The notes under the pieces are model-generated. The model saw only the letters and a list, made by a program, of their open reading frames with translations, made no database searches and had not been told where the DNA came from. A stretch of DNA of 64,000 nucleotides. Origin: Octopus vulgaris (Eukaryota). The position numbers and the translations under genes are program-made. Shown here piece by piece: positions 36,337-49,948 of this stretch. The stretch lies in contig OX597814.1 in assembly GCA_951406725.2 (NCBI GenBank), positions 135,284,001-135,348,000 of the forward strand, read 5' to 3'. Numbering within the stretch: position 1 is the first letter of the stretch; the number at the start of each line of letters is the position of its first letter.

Positions 36337-36893
36337 CAAGCAAAACGGCCCCCCCCCGTCCAATGGACGGTGCTGAGATGCCAAACATTTAAACCAAATT
36401 TTCTCAAAACAACTTGACCGACTGTCCCATAGGCCTCCCCTTTGAGAAACACTGATTTAACCTAAATTTGATACGCCAGCAAAAGAAGAAATAAAGATAA
36501 ACTTTTTTTCTATTCTAAAGAAAAAAGATTTTATTCACAAAAATATGCAAACAAAGAGTTTAAAGTACCAGTAATGATAAGGCTGTTGACTGGGAGAACA
36601 CAAACATAATTTAAAAGTAAGCTTGGCAGGAAAGAAACGTGCCTATAAGCAGTGCAAAAACAACAAAAAATGGAAGGTATAGTTATGTACAGGTTGATGG
36701 AAGAAAAGCAGGACAAAAATGGCTTTATCGATCGTATTCTCACCTGGAATCGATTTTTGTAATTTTTTCAAGACTTATACACGCCCTGATACCATTGGTA
36801 TCTACATATCAAATTTGAGCGCAATCAGATGGAGGATGCCTAAGATCCTAGAAGACACACACAGAGACAGACAGAAGGATTTTATATAATAGA
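36337..36893 (-). mobile_element. Non-autonomous Helitron-like element
   Basis: On the minus strand it starts A|TCtattatataaaatcc, has the subterminal hairpin ccgtcca-t-tggacgg and ends CTTG|T. It is homologous to 16135-16459 with an extra ~190-bp internal segment. Confidence 0.7.
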
Positions 36894-36944
36894 TATGTAC
36901 TCTTATGTAAATATACATACATACATATATACATACATACATGC

Positions 36945-36976
<32 letters not shown>

Positions 36977-37065
36977 GTATACATATACATATATATATGT
37001 AGACATATATATACGCACACACACACATATAAAAATATATGTATACATATGTGTGCATATATATA

Positions 37066-37107
<42 letters not shown>

Positions 37108-37138
37108 CACACAATGTCTATATATATATATATATATA

Positions 37139-37172
<34 letters not shown>

Positions 37173-37952
37173 TACATATACATTATTTATGTTATTATTT
37201 AATTGAACGCTATGCATCCATTTCCGAGTACATTTATCTTAACCTTTTTGATGCAACTCTATACTGTTTTCTCCCCCATTGTATCTCATTCATTTTTTTC
37301 TCTTTTTTACTGTTTTCTGTCTGTCTCTCTCTCACTCTCCATTTTTCTCTTTTCCTCTGTCGTTGCTCACATGTGACCATCCTCCATCTTTATTTTCCTC
37401 ATATCATTATTTTTCTTTGCTGCATGGACATTCTAAGGACTGGACATCTCTTTCTTTTTTTTTTGTTGTCTTCTGAAAGAAAATATTTCTCTCACTATTC
37501 ACTACTTTCCCCTCATTCAGGTCTAACGACCCTCCATGTTTGTTTTCATTTGGTTTTCCTGTATGTCTCCATTGTCCTGTTTTTGTTCCTATCTTTGACT
37601 CTCCATAAATCCAAAATTTTATTTTGGTATTTATGGGAGCAACTGTCTTCGAAGACTCATATTGTTTTTGATTCCTCGAAATGGGAGTAGATAGACAGCC
37701 AACAACTGATGAAGGGTCATTCTTTGTATTACTTGTCTTGTTTTCCATTTTTTCTCTCATTATTAGCATATTTATCTCATTTGTGTTTGTATTTCATGGT
37801 GTTTACTGTTAGTGATGTCTTGTACCCATATATGCATATATATGTATATATTATTTACATCATTATTTAATTGAATGCTATGCATCCATTTTCAGGTAAG
37901 TTTATACATATGCATACATATATATATGTATACATATTTGTATATATATAGG

Positions 37953-38037
<85 letters not shown>

Positions 38038-38990
38038 TCTTCACATATATACTCGTGCATAGCCTCTTTACTCAGACTCATTCTTACAGCTATAACAATA
38101 CCTCCCACGTTAGTTGTCATGCCCAGTAATTGATGTCATTCAACTCACACACATTTTTCAGAAACAATTTTTCACCATTGCATGTACAGGAGACATTAAC
38201 AAACAGCTTGAGGGATAGGAAAACCATCAATGTTTTAAAACGTTAATTGACTTTATATTTTATTATAGATTGAATTTCTCTGTAAATTCTAATCTAACAA
38301 AAATAAATTAATCACTTGCATTCTTTAAATGGCATGGAACAATATCATAAAATGTTACAGAAGAAATAATTTGGTGGAGTGGAATAAAGTAATGTAAAAA
38401 CATGGTCATTGGAGTTTTGCAGTGCAGACTTTTGTAGTTGTGTAATGAGAGTAAAGATGTTTTAATTAGGTATGAAGCCTTGAGCTAGTAAAATTAAGTA
38501 TCTTGCACAGAAATACAATATCGGATTCATAAATTAAATGCTATATCATTATTGTTTTAACATCAGATTTTTTATTCCATGCTACCAAGAGTTGGATGGG
38601 TTGGTTATGTTATATATCACCACTTGTCTTTTCAGAAATGTGAAACAAAATAGATAATTAATTCAGTAAAATCCAGCAATTGCGATAGTATAAAAGATAT
38701 CAGTAATGTAATATTTCTGACTGAATGATAAAATGTTGTAATTAAGAATAGTCCAAGCCTTGCAGTTAATCTTCTAGTCTGTTGACAAGTCTGAATATTT
38801 CATTTTTCATTAATAATCTTGACAAAAATGTTGAGCATCACAGCTTCATGATTTGTCTCATTTATAGATACTGAGCAGATGTATGATCAAAGATATTCTA
38901 TTCATGATTAGGCAATCCTCTTGTGTCATGTGCATCTGGGACTAGATCATGTAAGCTGTCAGTTCTTTTCCATACAAGTTTTAATTTATA

Positions 38991-39035
<45 letters not shown>

Positions 39036-39038
<3 letters not shown>

Positions 39039-39510
39039 GAAATTATTGTATACAGTGCTCAGGTGCACTACAACTCATAAGAAAAAATAACCAAAACACC
39101 ATGAATAGTACATAGAATATGTACAGGAAGTGAACAGTGAAAAAATATTAAAAAAAAAGAAAAGAAGGAGAAATGGATGGGTAGGGGTATCAGGTGTACT
39201 GTTGGTGAATTTCGAGAAGCATGGAAGTTTTGAAGTATGTAGTGTCTCGACAGCTAACAATTGATGCAAGTAGTTTATTCCATGTTTAGCAATTTTGAGT
39301 GTGAAAAAATATTTTTGAAAATCATGGATGGTGTGTTGATTTTTGATTTAGTGAGCATGTCCATGAAGTGTAAGCATGCCCATGGTATTCAAAAAGGTGC
39401 CCAAGGTTGTTGTTGGAAAGATGGTGGATAATCTTGTGGGTGTCTAACCAAGTCAGTTGCCAGATGTCAGAGAGATTTGGCCACGCATTCAAGGAGGCAA
39501 GCGACTACTT
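39036..39510 (-). mobile_element. CR1-group LINE 3' fragment
   Basis: The minus strand reads piecewise LDTHKIIHH..HGHA..HDFQKYFFTLKIA, resembling the CR1 DL...YKI..TRGH..FF..R...WN.L end. It terminates at (TA)n. Confidence 0.6.
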
Positions 39511-40183
39511 AGAGGTTCCATCTTTGGATTTTACACATGAAATATTTTGTGTTTTTTGAGAGTTATGATTTAATAACACATAGAGGACCTGAGCAAAATG
39601 CAAAATCCATATAAATTTATGAAAATACTTTAATTATACACTTCCCTGGGATAGTATGGCTAAGAATAAAATGAGAAAATGTAAGACCATGCAACATTTT
39701 TGATATCAGTATGTGGTTAACTTAAAATTGGGAGGAAGACTGTCATGATGCCTATAACCTTTAAAAGTCTGAACAGCAATTGATGAATGGTTTACAAGGT
39801 GTTGAAGGCCTATTATCCATAATTCTGTAAAACTTTAATAAATCTAAGCTAACTTTAGTGTGATTTGTATTAAGGAGTTTCAGGTAACAACTACTAGCCT
39901 ATTAAACAATATAATTAAAGAGTTAGTGCTTTTCCTTTCTCAGCTGTTTTGATGGTTGTAACTTATATTAGGTATGAGTAGATAGGAAGAATTTAAGCTG
40001 TTTTATTAAATTGTTCGTTCAGTGAGGATACTCCTTTTCCATAGCTTGTTATGATACTTTTAAAACAGAAATGTATGAGGTTATGACAAGATTAGTGTAA
40101 CTATTGTTAAATATTTGGCACAAATGATTAAATGCTGAGTAACTAAAGTTGAATTTTCCATTTTGTTTTGTACAATAAAGATA

Positions 40184-40399
40184 CGAAGAAGTGCTGAAAA
40201 GTTCCTGACTTTAAGGGTTTCATGAAAGGCCTGGTGGAGGCCCAACCTTCTGAGTTCTTTTTCAGGACTTAGAAAAACTGAAGGACCACTGCAATAAGTG
40301 TGTGAATCTGAGAGGCGAATATGTTGCATAAAATCATAATTAACTGATCCTCCAGTATTTTCTTTTATCCAAAGCCAAGAACTTTTCAGCACTCCCTTG
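40184..40399 (+). mobile_element. Mariner-derived MITE (216 bp)
   Basis: TIRs are TA|cgaagaagtgctgaaaagttcctgacttt and aaagccaagaacttttcagcactcccttg|TA. The interior keeps the transposase C-terminus GLEKLKDHCNKCVNLRGEYVA*. Confidence 0.85.
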
Positions 40400-41488
40400 T
40401 ATATAATTTGTAATGTAGGATGGTAACGAAAGAAATAATATCTACACCAGGGTATCTCCAGTAAAGGTTTTTTTATGTCTTAGTTTGGAAGAGAGGCTGA
40501 ACCTATGACCTTTGCAGGACTTCTGAGATTGTGAGATCAATATAGTTTATTTTCAACACTTAATCAATGCTGCAGGAGAAATGTGGCTGAAAGACAAATT
40601 CCAGCAGATTGCTTTGGGAGGAAAGAAGGACTGGGAATGGTAGTTAGTGCAAAGTGGGGCTCCAGTATTGCATGGTGACAAAGAAAATGATGGGTGTGGT
40701 AGATAGACTTTGGTGGAAATAGTAAAATAGAATAGGCAGAGAGAAGAGATAGTATGCCTGTGGGCAGGTGTTGTAGTGTATTAGTGAATAAGTCTTTGAT
40801 GGTTTTCTTTTGGATGCAGTCTTAAGATATTTGTGTTTGTGTGTATTATCAGTACCTTCCTAGATATGAGGACAATACTTTGTAGTGGGTGTTAATTGTG
40901 CTTTGCAAAAGGTCAACAACTGAATCAAAGCTGAAATATTTTCTGGCTCTCAGAGAAAGAATAGCTTTCAGAAACAATTCTTGTTTTGATATATGAAGTA
41001 CAGTTAACAGGAATGACTGTCAGAGAATGTTTACATGATTCAAAATAAGAATTGATAATTATCTCTATTGAATCCTCCCGGAAAGCTGATAATTGAGAGT
41101 GTTAGTATGAGGTAAAAATTGTGTGTTATAAATGTTTTACTACTTTTATTTAGTTCCTCAGAGGAGAAAAGAAAGTGTTTATGACATTTACCAGGCTCCT
41201 GATGATATATATGTAGGATATATTTAGTTTTAACATCAGTAGAATTGACTTCAATATGAGAGCATTGAAGTTAGTTTTAGACTGTTGCAGTTCATGAGAG
41301 AAGCAGTTGGATTAGACTGTATTGGATTGTGTGTTACTCCTAAACCAGTACAAATGATATAAGGGTGAGACACAATAAGGATGATGAGTAGCAAAGTGTT
41401 AGGTGGATTTAGATGGAGGTGGTAAATAATTTACTGAATAGTTGTAGTAGTGGTGATGGTGGTGGTGGTAGTAGTAGTAGTAGTATAA

Positions 41489-41722
41489 GGCAGCGAGCTG
41501 GCAGAATCGTTAGCATGCCTGGCGAAATGCTAAGCGGTATTTCGTCTGCCGCTACGTTCTGAGTTCAAATTCCGCCGAGGTCCACTTTGACTTTCATCCT
41601 ATCGGGGTCGATTAAATAAAGTACCAGTTACGCACTGGGGTCAATATAATCGACTTAATCCGTTTGTCTGTCCTCGTTTGTCCTCTCTGTGTTTAGCTCC
41701 TTGTGGGTAGTAAAGAAATAGG
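41489..41722 (+). mobile_element. SINE family B, well preserved, inserted in (GTA)n
   Basis: CpG-rich copy: ggcagcgagctggcagaatcgttagc..gagttcaaattccgccgagg..ctttcatcctatcggggtcga. Other copies lie at 42697-43140 (two), 48430-48590(-), 49676-49950, 54955-55150(-) and 57908-58325 (two). Confidence 0.85.
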
Positions 41723-43880
41723 TAGTAGTAGTAGTGGGAGGAGGAGGAGGAGGAAGAGGAGGAGATTAGAAACTACATATAAGAGCTAGTGTTGGTGAAT
41801 GAAGTTTTCTAATCAACTGAAAAGAGCTTCCTTTGGAAATATCCTAAGTTATTTGTGTTCATGTGTAGATGTACTTGAAATGGAAAACTTCCATAATCTA
41901 ATGATTGAGGTTGCCTAAAGGGAAAGCTGAAGTAAAATAAAAATCGGTTATGTTAAAGTTAAACCATTTCATTGATGAAATAAGAAAAGACAGCATTGAA
42001 TGCAAGGAGATTGATGATAAGGTCTATAAAACACACATGAGCATTAAAAGGTAATATTGCAATTATATTCAGTCTATTCTTAGATGCTTGTGATGAGGTT
42101 TTTGAAACTATGTTTTGTTAATTGTATAAAGACAATACAGACCTGATTTATATTGAGGGTGTTCATTTATAAAATACAAAATGGTAATGTTTATAATATC
42201 AATAATATCAGTGATAATGTAGATTTTAAAACGTTTATATAAATATACACATATATATATATTTTAAAATTTTATTTTTTTTAGAAATAACAACTTGGAG
42301 GACCTGTATTGATTAGCCCTAAAAAAGTCTGAGGTAAGATATTGTTTTTTAAAATCAATAATTGTTTAAAACATTTTAATTTATTTGATATAGCCAATTT
42401 TCAGACTGATGTCCAAATGGGATTTTAATGTCGGGCTTCAATGTATGCCTGAGTTGATAGACTGAGTTAAAGAGTTGAGATTTAAATTTCAAGTGACAAC
42501 ATGTATAATGATATTTGAATGAATGAATATTACTATTTTACTCATAGTCTTCTTTATGCATACATACATACACACACACATGCATACAAATATATATGCA
42601 TTGTATTTATTTTCTAAGTATTGCTAAAATGTTTCTAAAAATTCCTACTTTTGTATAAATTGTTCAGTTGGCTGTTGGTATTAAATCAATAGATTAAGGT
42701 AGCAATCTGGCAGAATCGTTAGCACACCAGACAAAATGCTTAGCGACATTTCATCTGTCTTTATATTCTGAGTTCAAATTCCACTGATGTCAACTTCGCC
42801 TTTCATCCTTTCAGGATTCTTAAAATAAGCACCAATTGAGCACTGGTGTCAATGTAACTGACTTAATCCCTTCCCTGAAACTGCTGGCCTTGTGCCAAAA
42901 TTTGAAACCAATATTAAACCAACAAAAGGTGGTCAGCTGGCAGAATCATTACTGTGCCAGGCAAAATACTTAGTGATATCTCATCTGTCTTCACATTCTA
43001 AGTTCAAATTCTGCTGAGGTTGACTTTGCCTTTCATCCTTTCAGGGTTGATAAAATAAAGTACCAGTTGAACACTGAGATCAATGTAATCAGCTTTATCC
43101 CCTTCCCTGAAATTGCTGTTCTTGTGCCAAATTTGGGATATTTATTGAAGTATTTCTTATATTTTCATGCATTTAACTTAATGTTAGCTCTGATTGAATC
43201 AAAGGTATTTTAGCTATGACTATTCCATTTTTTTTATTTGTTTCAAACTTAGTGTATCTGGGACCACATCATCCAATGAGTCCTTCTTTTGTAAGAGAGT
43301 AGGGTGTAATTTGAGGGAGGTTTGACTGCTATTTCTTATAAGTCAGGTGATCACACAGAAGATCCTTCGATGGCTCATGTTGGTAATGTTTTGTGTTTCA
43401 AGGCCAGAATGTAATTCAATATTCCAATGATTTCATCAATTAACTCTTTAACTCTGGGGTTTAGTTCATCTGTCTGATATTATTATAAAGAGGTAGAAAC
43501 CTTACTTGATAGACTGAAAAAGTTACAATGCAGCCATATAAAATATATGTATTAGCTATAGTGCTAGAAAAACTATAACTCACTTGAGTTAGGGTGAGAA
43601 TGATATCAACATATCAAAACTCAAGTCATGTACTACAATTTATCATCATCACCACCATCATCATCATCATCATCTTCCTTTTTCCTTTCCAGCACTGTAG
43701 CTAGATAGATCCTCTTAATGCAACAGTTTTTGTATGTCATCCACAAGACCCAACATCCTGAGCAGGTTAAAGTTATCTATCAAATTTTAAATAAATTTGT
43801 TTTCCTTTTCCTGCATAATTTTATACATTTGTTTAGTAATTCTTTTGTCACTACTTTAGCAAGTATAGTAAAGGCAGTGT

Positions 43881-43920
43881 CTTGCTGATGAGGTGAGAAT
43901 CACACCAAAACATGTCTGGA
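43881..43920 (+). ncRNA. Degenerate minimal hammerhead motif
   Basis: Reads CTGATGA-GGTG-agaatca-CACC-AAAA-C-at-GTC. GAAA is changed to AAAA at a CpG, and stem I is poor. Confidence 0.45.
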
Positions 43921-44630
43921 ATTGGTTCTCACACATGCTGGGAAAATTGAAATAATACTAGTTTTTGACCGCATATTTATTTCTAGTAAGATTTTTAATG
44001 CTCTATGCATTAAATATATGAACACACATTTGCCTGTTTATTAAATTTCCTTCAAATGGAGTATTTTCTTCATTGGAGCTAATTATCCATTGCTTTCTCT
44101 CACACTTTGTTTTTCTCATTGATTCTTTTTTTTCTGATTCCCTGATGCTTTTTTCCTTCTGATTCTGTTTCCTGCTCTCCCTCTCATATACTCTTAACAT
44201 ACGAAGAATCATTCTGAGTAAAGAAGAGAAAATGCAAGACTAAAATGTAACATATTTAAAAGACTTCAAAATTTGCTTGTGTAAACAGTATATTAGCACA
44301 CATTTCTCCGAGATACATATGTAGATTTGTGGAATGTGAATGAGCACCTATAACAGTTGTACTTTAGCAGTTGTTAATGCATTAGAGATGACATCTGAGG
44401 AGATAACTGTTAAGCCATACAGTGTATATGCACAGCTTACACATTGATGTACACATACATATTAAGGTAAGTTCTTGTTGATGACATCAACGAAAGAGCA
44501 AAACTGGTGCAATGGAAACACATGAATATTTAAATTTCTTTCTCTCTCTTTCACATGCTCTTATTGTATACTTTCACGCTTAAATTGTTGTTTACAAGTG
44601 GAAACTGTTTAATATGTATGTATTTATGCA

Positions 44631-44670
<40 letters not shown>

Positions 44671-47600
44671 CTCATGTGCATCTGGTATACACATATACAT
44701 GCATATTTGCATACACACACATATATATAAATATATACATACACATGTGTATACATATTCGTTCTCCACTGTATATAGTCATATGTCATGTCTCCTGTTT
44801 ATTCTAATACATTCTCATTTCATTTAATCATAGGCACATGCACATGCACACATACATGTTTACTCACATGTATACTCATGCATGCATGCACACATACTTA
44901 CACACTCTCATATGCGCATTTAAATTACGTGACTGCATGCACTGAACAACTGGATATCTTCAGAAAAGTTTGAACCTAGATATTAAAGGTCACCAAAATC
45001 AGTGAAGAGATGGAAAAAATTTCTTCGTTCTATAGAACCATTATAGAAAATAGAAAATAAAAAAAAGCTAAAGTAAAAAGAAAACAATGAATATAAATAA
45101 AAGAAAACTGCAAAAAATATATTAACAATGTTTCAAATATTGTATAAATGTCCAGTTAAATAAATGTATTTTGTGATGAAGAAAAGGTCAAATCGAAAAT
45201 ACACTCCTCTAATGTAAGATCAAGAAGTTGCTTAAGTTGTTCAAGTCATTTGTTGCCTTATGCAGAATTAAGTCTGGATAGCTGGTTATAATGTTTCTGC
45301 CGATTTGAATTTGCTGAGGTCATATGAAGACAGGCTGTAATGTCAAGTGCATGGACTGACTGGAGAAGATTGATGGAGTGCTGTATTAGCTATAAATGGC
45401 AGCAAAGAGGAAGGTGGGTGGTAGATTAAAATAAAATCATAATAAATACAATAACAAAATGTTAAAAAAGTGATTACTGGAATTTATTAGAACAGTATTT
45501 TGGTAGCTTTTGAAATAGATTTTGGGATTTTTGTTGCTGTTGTCATTATGTTGTTTAATCTTATGTTAGCTCTGATCAAGCAGACCTATGAACAGAGGCA
45601 GTCCAACTGTGACCATCCTGTGGGTTTTTTTTATGTGTATGGGGAACTCAGGATTACATTGTCTAATCTATATCTTTTTTCATGTACATGTTTGAGTCAT
45701 TAGACTGTGGCCATACCGGAGCATCACCTTGAAAGATTTAGTCAAACAAGTCACCCTTGTTCTTACTTTTTTAAAGTCTGGTACTTATTCTATTGGTCTC
45801 TTTTATCAAATCGCTAAGTTACAGAGATGTAAACAAACTCACACTGGTTGTCAAGTGGAGTGTTGGAAAACAAACACAAAGACATACACACACACACATT
45901 CACATACACAATGGGCTTTTACACAGTTTCCTTATACTAAATTTACTCACAAGTTTGAAGACAGTTAATTGTTTGGCTTGGGGTTATAGTAGAAGACACT
46001 TGCCCAAGGTGGCACATATTGGAACTGAACCTGGTACCACATAGCTGCAAAGTGAGCTCCTTAACTAACACAGCTGTGCCTACAACTATAATGTGTCCTT
46101 TTCTAAGATGGTCAAGTGTAATTTGAAGGAGATTTAGTTGATATTTCCAGTAGGTTGAGTGATGCCAAAGAGGATCATAGCAGTGGGAAAATTATTGTAG
46201 GTAATACTATTGTGACAGTGATGTTGTAATATTATAACAATATAAGGTGGCACACCATGCCAGTGGTATGCAAAAAGCACCCAGTACACTCTGTAAAGTG
46301 GCTGATGTTAGGAAGGGCATCCAGCTGTAGAAGTCATTCCAAAACAGACAATTGGAGTCTGGACAGCTTCCTGGCTGACCAGCTCCTATCAAACCATCCA
46401 ACCCATGCCAGCATGGAAAATGGATGTTAAATGATGACAATGATGATAATGATGTGGTAGTAGTAGTAGTAGTAGTAGTAGTAGCAGCAGCAGTAGTTGT
46501 AGTAGTAGCAGCAGCAGCAGCAAATTGATAAATTTGTAAGGGCATTGGATAGACTGCCTTGTAGTATTTGGTCTCATTATTTGTGCTGTGAGTGTTAGTC
46601 ATGCAGTGATCAGTTTTGCCTTTCATTCTTCCAAGGTTAATAGAATACCAGTCTTCCCTTTCTTTATGGATCATACCTGTAATTTTTAAATGTTTAATCA
46701 TATCAGTTTGTGCCACACTGAGTAAATGTGAGAATTATATTAAGAATACACATTTTTGGAATACTCATCCACTTGTGCATTAATTCCATAAGTAAGGACT
46801 CAGTTAGTTGAGCAAATGGATGCTCATCATCAAATTTACTGGAGAATCCACAAATGTTGTTGTGATATTGAAGCTACTGTCTTGCTCTTGCTGGAATAAT
46901 GATCAGTTGTGGAGGTGGTGGTGGTGGTGGTGGTGGTGGTGATGATGATGATGATGATCTAATGGTTGCATTGTGGTGGTATTAGCATTATGATGGTAGA
47001 CATGCTTATGTTGGTGCAGTTGTTGCAGCAGTCTACTACTTTTGTTGTTCATGGTGATATTTAGAGAAAAGACTTAGGATATTAAATTTTCAGACTGGGA
47101 ATAAGGATAAGGTTCTAAGTCTGATCTTATTCTAGTCTGAGAATTTATTTATATACCCTTAATATGACAGTGGTGGTGGCGGCGGCAGTAGTTGTATTAG
47201 TTGCTATTTGTAGTAGAAGCTATGAGTTGGAGAATGGATGGTTGAATGTATTTCATTGCAGGAAAAATTTGTTTATAGCTTATCATTCAGACAGTCTTTT
47301 AGCCCTGGTGTATTGCTAGTGTTATTCTGATGTTGTAAAGTGTTTAGCTATCCACACAGTATTTGTATTTACCTCACTTCTTAACACATTTACTGATCAT
47401 TGCAACCAAAGATTCATATTTAACAGCTGAGTACTAACGGCATAGATAGTAAACTGGAAAAAGAAAGTCTAAAAAATTTGTCATTGCTGTTCGTGTTCAT
47501 CCCAAGTTCAGCCCTTAATGAGCAGACCTATGGTCAAAGCTAGAAGGATAGATTTTTAAGCTAGAAAGGTATGATTTGAAGGAGATTCAGCTGCTTTTTC

Positions 47601-49888
47601 TACAAGTAACCACATAAAGATTTCTTTATCAACTCATAGTTATAAGTTTGTCTCATTAGGGAAGCACAATGGCTTGACACTGTTTGAAGGTTCCTAAAAT
47701 ATTCAAGGTAATTTGTTTGTTGGACACGCCATTCGGAAAGTTCTGTGGGTCATAGCTTGCTCACGACTGATGTAGAAACTACTTATTAGTTCAATTAAAG
47801 CAAGGCTTGGTGGAGAAGAAGAAATTAAGAATGTTTGGAAAGATAGCAAGACAAATGAGAGTTAAAAGATATTAGCTTTAAGTTTGATGTGGGTAAATAT
47901 GATTGTCTTGATGGAATTGTTGGGGTGAAGTTGATGAAAAGAATTGAAATGTATTCTTTTGGTACTGATGACTTAAAGACTTTAATGAGTCACTTACAAT
48001 ATCTAGGGAGTTTTTAAGCAATGGTATTAGATAAAGCATCTTGAAGTTTTTTTATACTGAGCTCTGAGTGAGATATATGGGTAGAAAGGAGTATGGATTT
48101 CATGTAAGCTTATATACTAAGATATGTGAAGAAATTAAAAATAAAGGATTATCTCAAACTGAAGGAATTTGTGAAATATATTAGAACTATGTCAGTTCTG
48201 TTGACTATGCATCTGCACATGTAAGTATAGGACTGAGCAAGATTCTTTTGAGGAAGACTAATAGTTACCCATGCGTGCAAGTCTTTTGTCTTCAGGCCAC
48301 TGATGTTTATCAATGGGAAAGACTGCTAACTTAGGATGATGTAACTTGGTACCACTGTCATTGCAGATATTGTTGTCAGACTGCAAAGAACCAGAACAGA
48401 TACTGCAAGGAATCTTTCTAACAGTCTTCCCAACTCACTATTCTGGATTGGTACTTTTTTTTATTGACCTCAAGGATATGAAAGGCAGAGTTGACCTGAG
48501 CAGGATTTGAACTCAGCATGCAGAGAGTTAGAACAAATAACATAAGGCACTTCTATTTAACTCTAACTACTCTGTCAATTTGTCACCTTGTGGACAATAG
48601 AGATTGAGATTTGTTTCTTAGGAAGAATGGAATTAATGTGAAAAAGAACCAGTTGGTACAAAGAAGGAAAACTGACCAGTGAATCTAACTTTACTCTTTT
48701 TATCTTTTATCTGTTTCAATCATTGGACTATGACCATGCCAGGTCACCATCTTGAAAGGTTTTAGGCAAACGAATCTACCCCAGTACTTTTTTTAAAACA
48801 CCTAATACTTATTCTGTCAGTTTCTTTATGACAAACTACTAAGTTACTGGAATGTAAACAAACCAACATCGGTTGTCAAGCGGGGGGGGGGGGAGTGCAG
48901 TGGAGGGAGCTAGTGGAAAAATAAAGTGAGACCCAAAAGTCTGTAATTGCCATCGACTGTCATGCTGATCCCTATGAAAAACTCTATGTGAAATCACTGA
49001 CGTTTGTTGGGTATCTTATAATTTTTTTGTTGATTGAAAAGAAAACTAGCTGCAAATTTGGGTAAAAAGAGGAGAATATTGGATTATGTACCAGAAGTCA
49101 GTGGCCATAGATTTGCACCACTAATTGTCAGATAGCAGGCTTCTATTTGGAAACATTGTTTGTTGGTCTTCTGTGATAGTCACTTGTGTTCCTCATACAA
49201 AGAGTGCTGTTGACCAAAATTCTGGGTTCTCTTCACATTATTGGTTGTTTTGAATAATTTGAACAAGGTTATGATTTTTGTTGTTTAGCTTCAGGTCAGC
49301 TCTAAATGATGGGGTTTTAATAAAGACTATATAAGTGGTCTATCAATATTCACAGCATTATGCCCCAAAGTGGGTAGGAGCGTTCAGAGCTCAGTAAAGT
49401 AAAAAATGTTCAGGACCAAATTCGGAGAGTATAATTTGTGGAAGTGTTTGGAGCAAGAGGTAGTAAGAATCATGGAAAGCTCTGATCCTATCTAGGCAGT
49501 GGATTCTAAATCCTCTATGGGTGGATTGCCTTTTATTTGTTTATTGTATTTTTTTACCACATCCCCATTTATGTTTGTGTATGTGTGTGTGTGAATCCCC
49601 ATGACTTGTAACTCCTTTGATAATAGGTTTTGTATTGAATGTATAGGCCCTTGTGACAACAAATTATTATTATTAAGGCAGCATGCAGGCAGAGTCATTA
49701 GCACACTGGGGCAAAATTCTTAGCAGCATTTTGTCCATCTGCATGTTCTGAGTTCAGATTCTGCTGAGATCAACTTTGCCTTTAGTCCTTTCAGGGTTGA
49801 TAAATTAAGTACTATGAAACACTGGGGTTGATGTAATTGACTAGTCCCCTCCCTCAAAATTGCAGGTCTCGTGCCTTTAATAGAAAGG

Positions 49889-49948
<60 letters not shown>

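Noticed and set aside
41195-41245. Isolated CTGATGA (also at about 4271, 4455, 47964, 52139 and 55671)
   Set aside because: There is no correctly placed stem II-GAAA-NUH-stem I. The heptamer alone is expected by chance.
40600-41350. Possible very old PLE RT remnant on the minus strand (IKDLFTN)
   Set aside because: A single short motif amid many stops cannot be supported without a profile search.
42285-42333. 49-bp plus-strand segment between tttttttag and gtaaga
   Set aside because: Stops occur in all frames, and such sites arise by chance in AT-rich DNA. RNA-seq would be needed.
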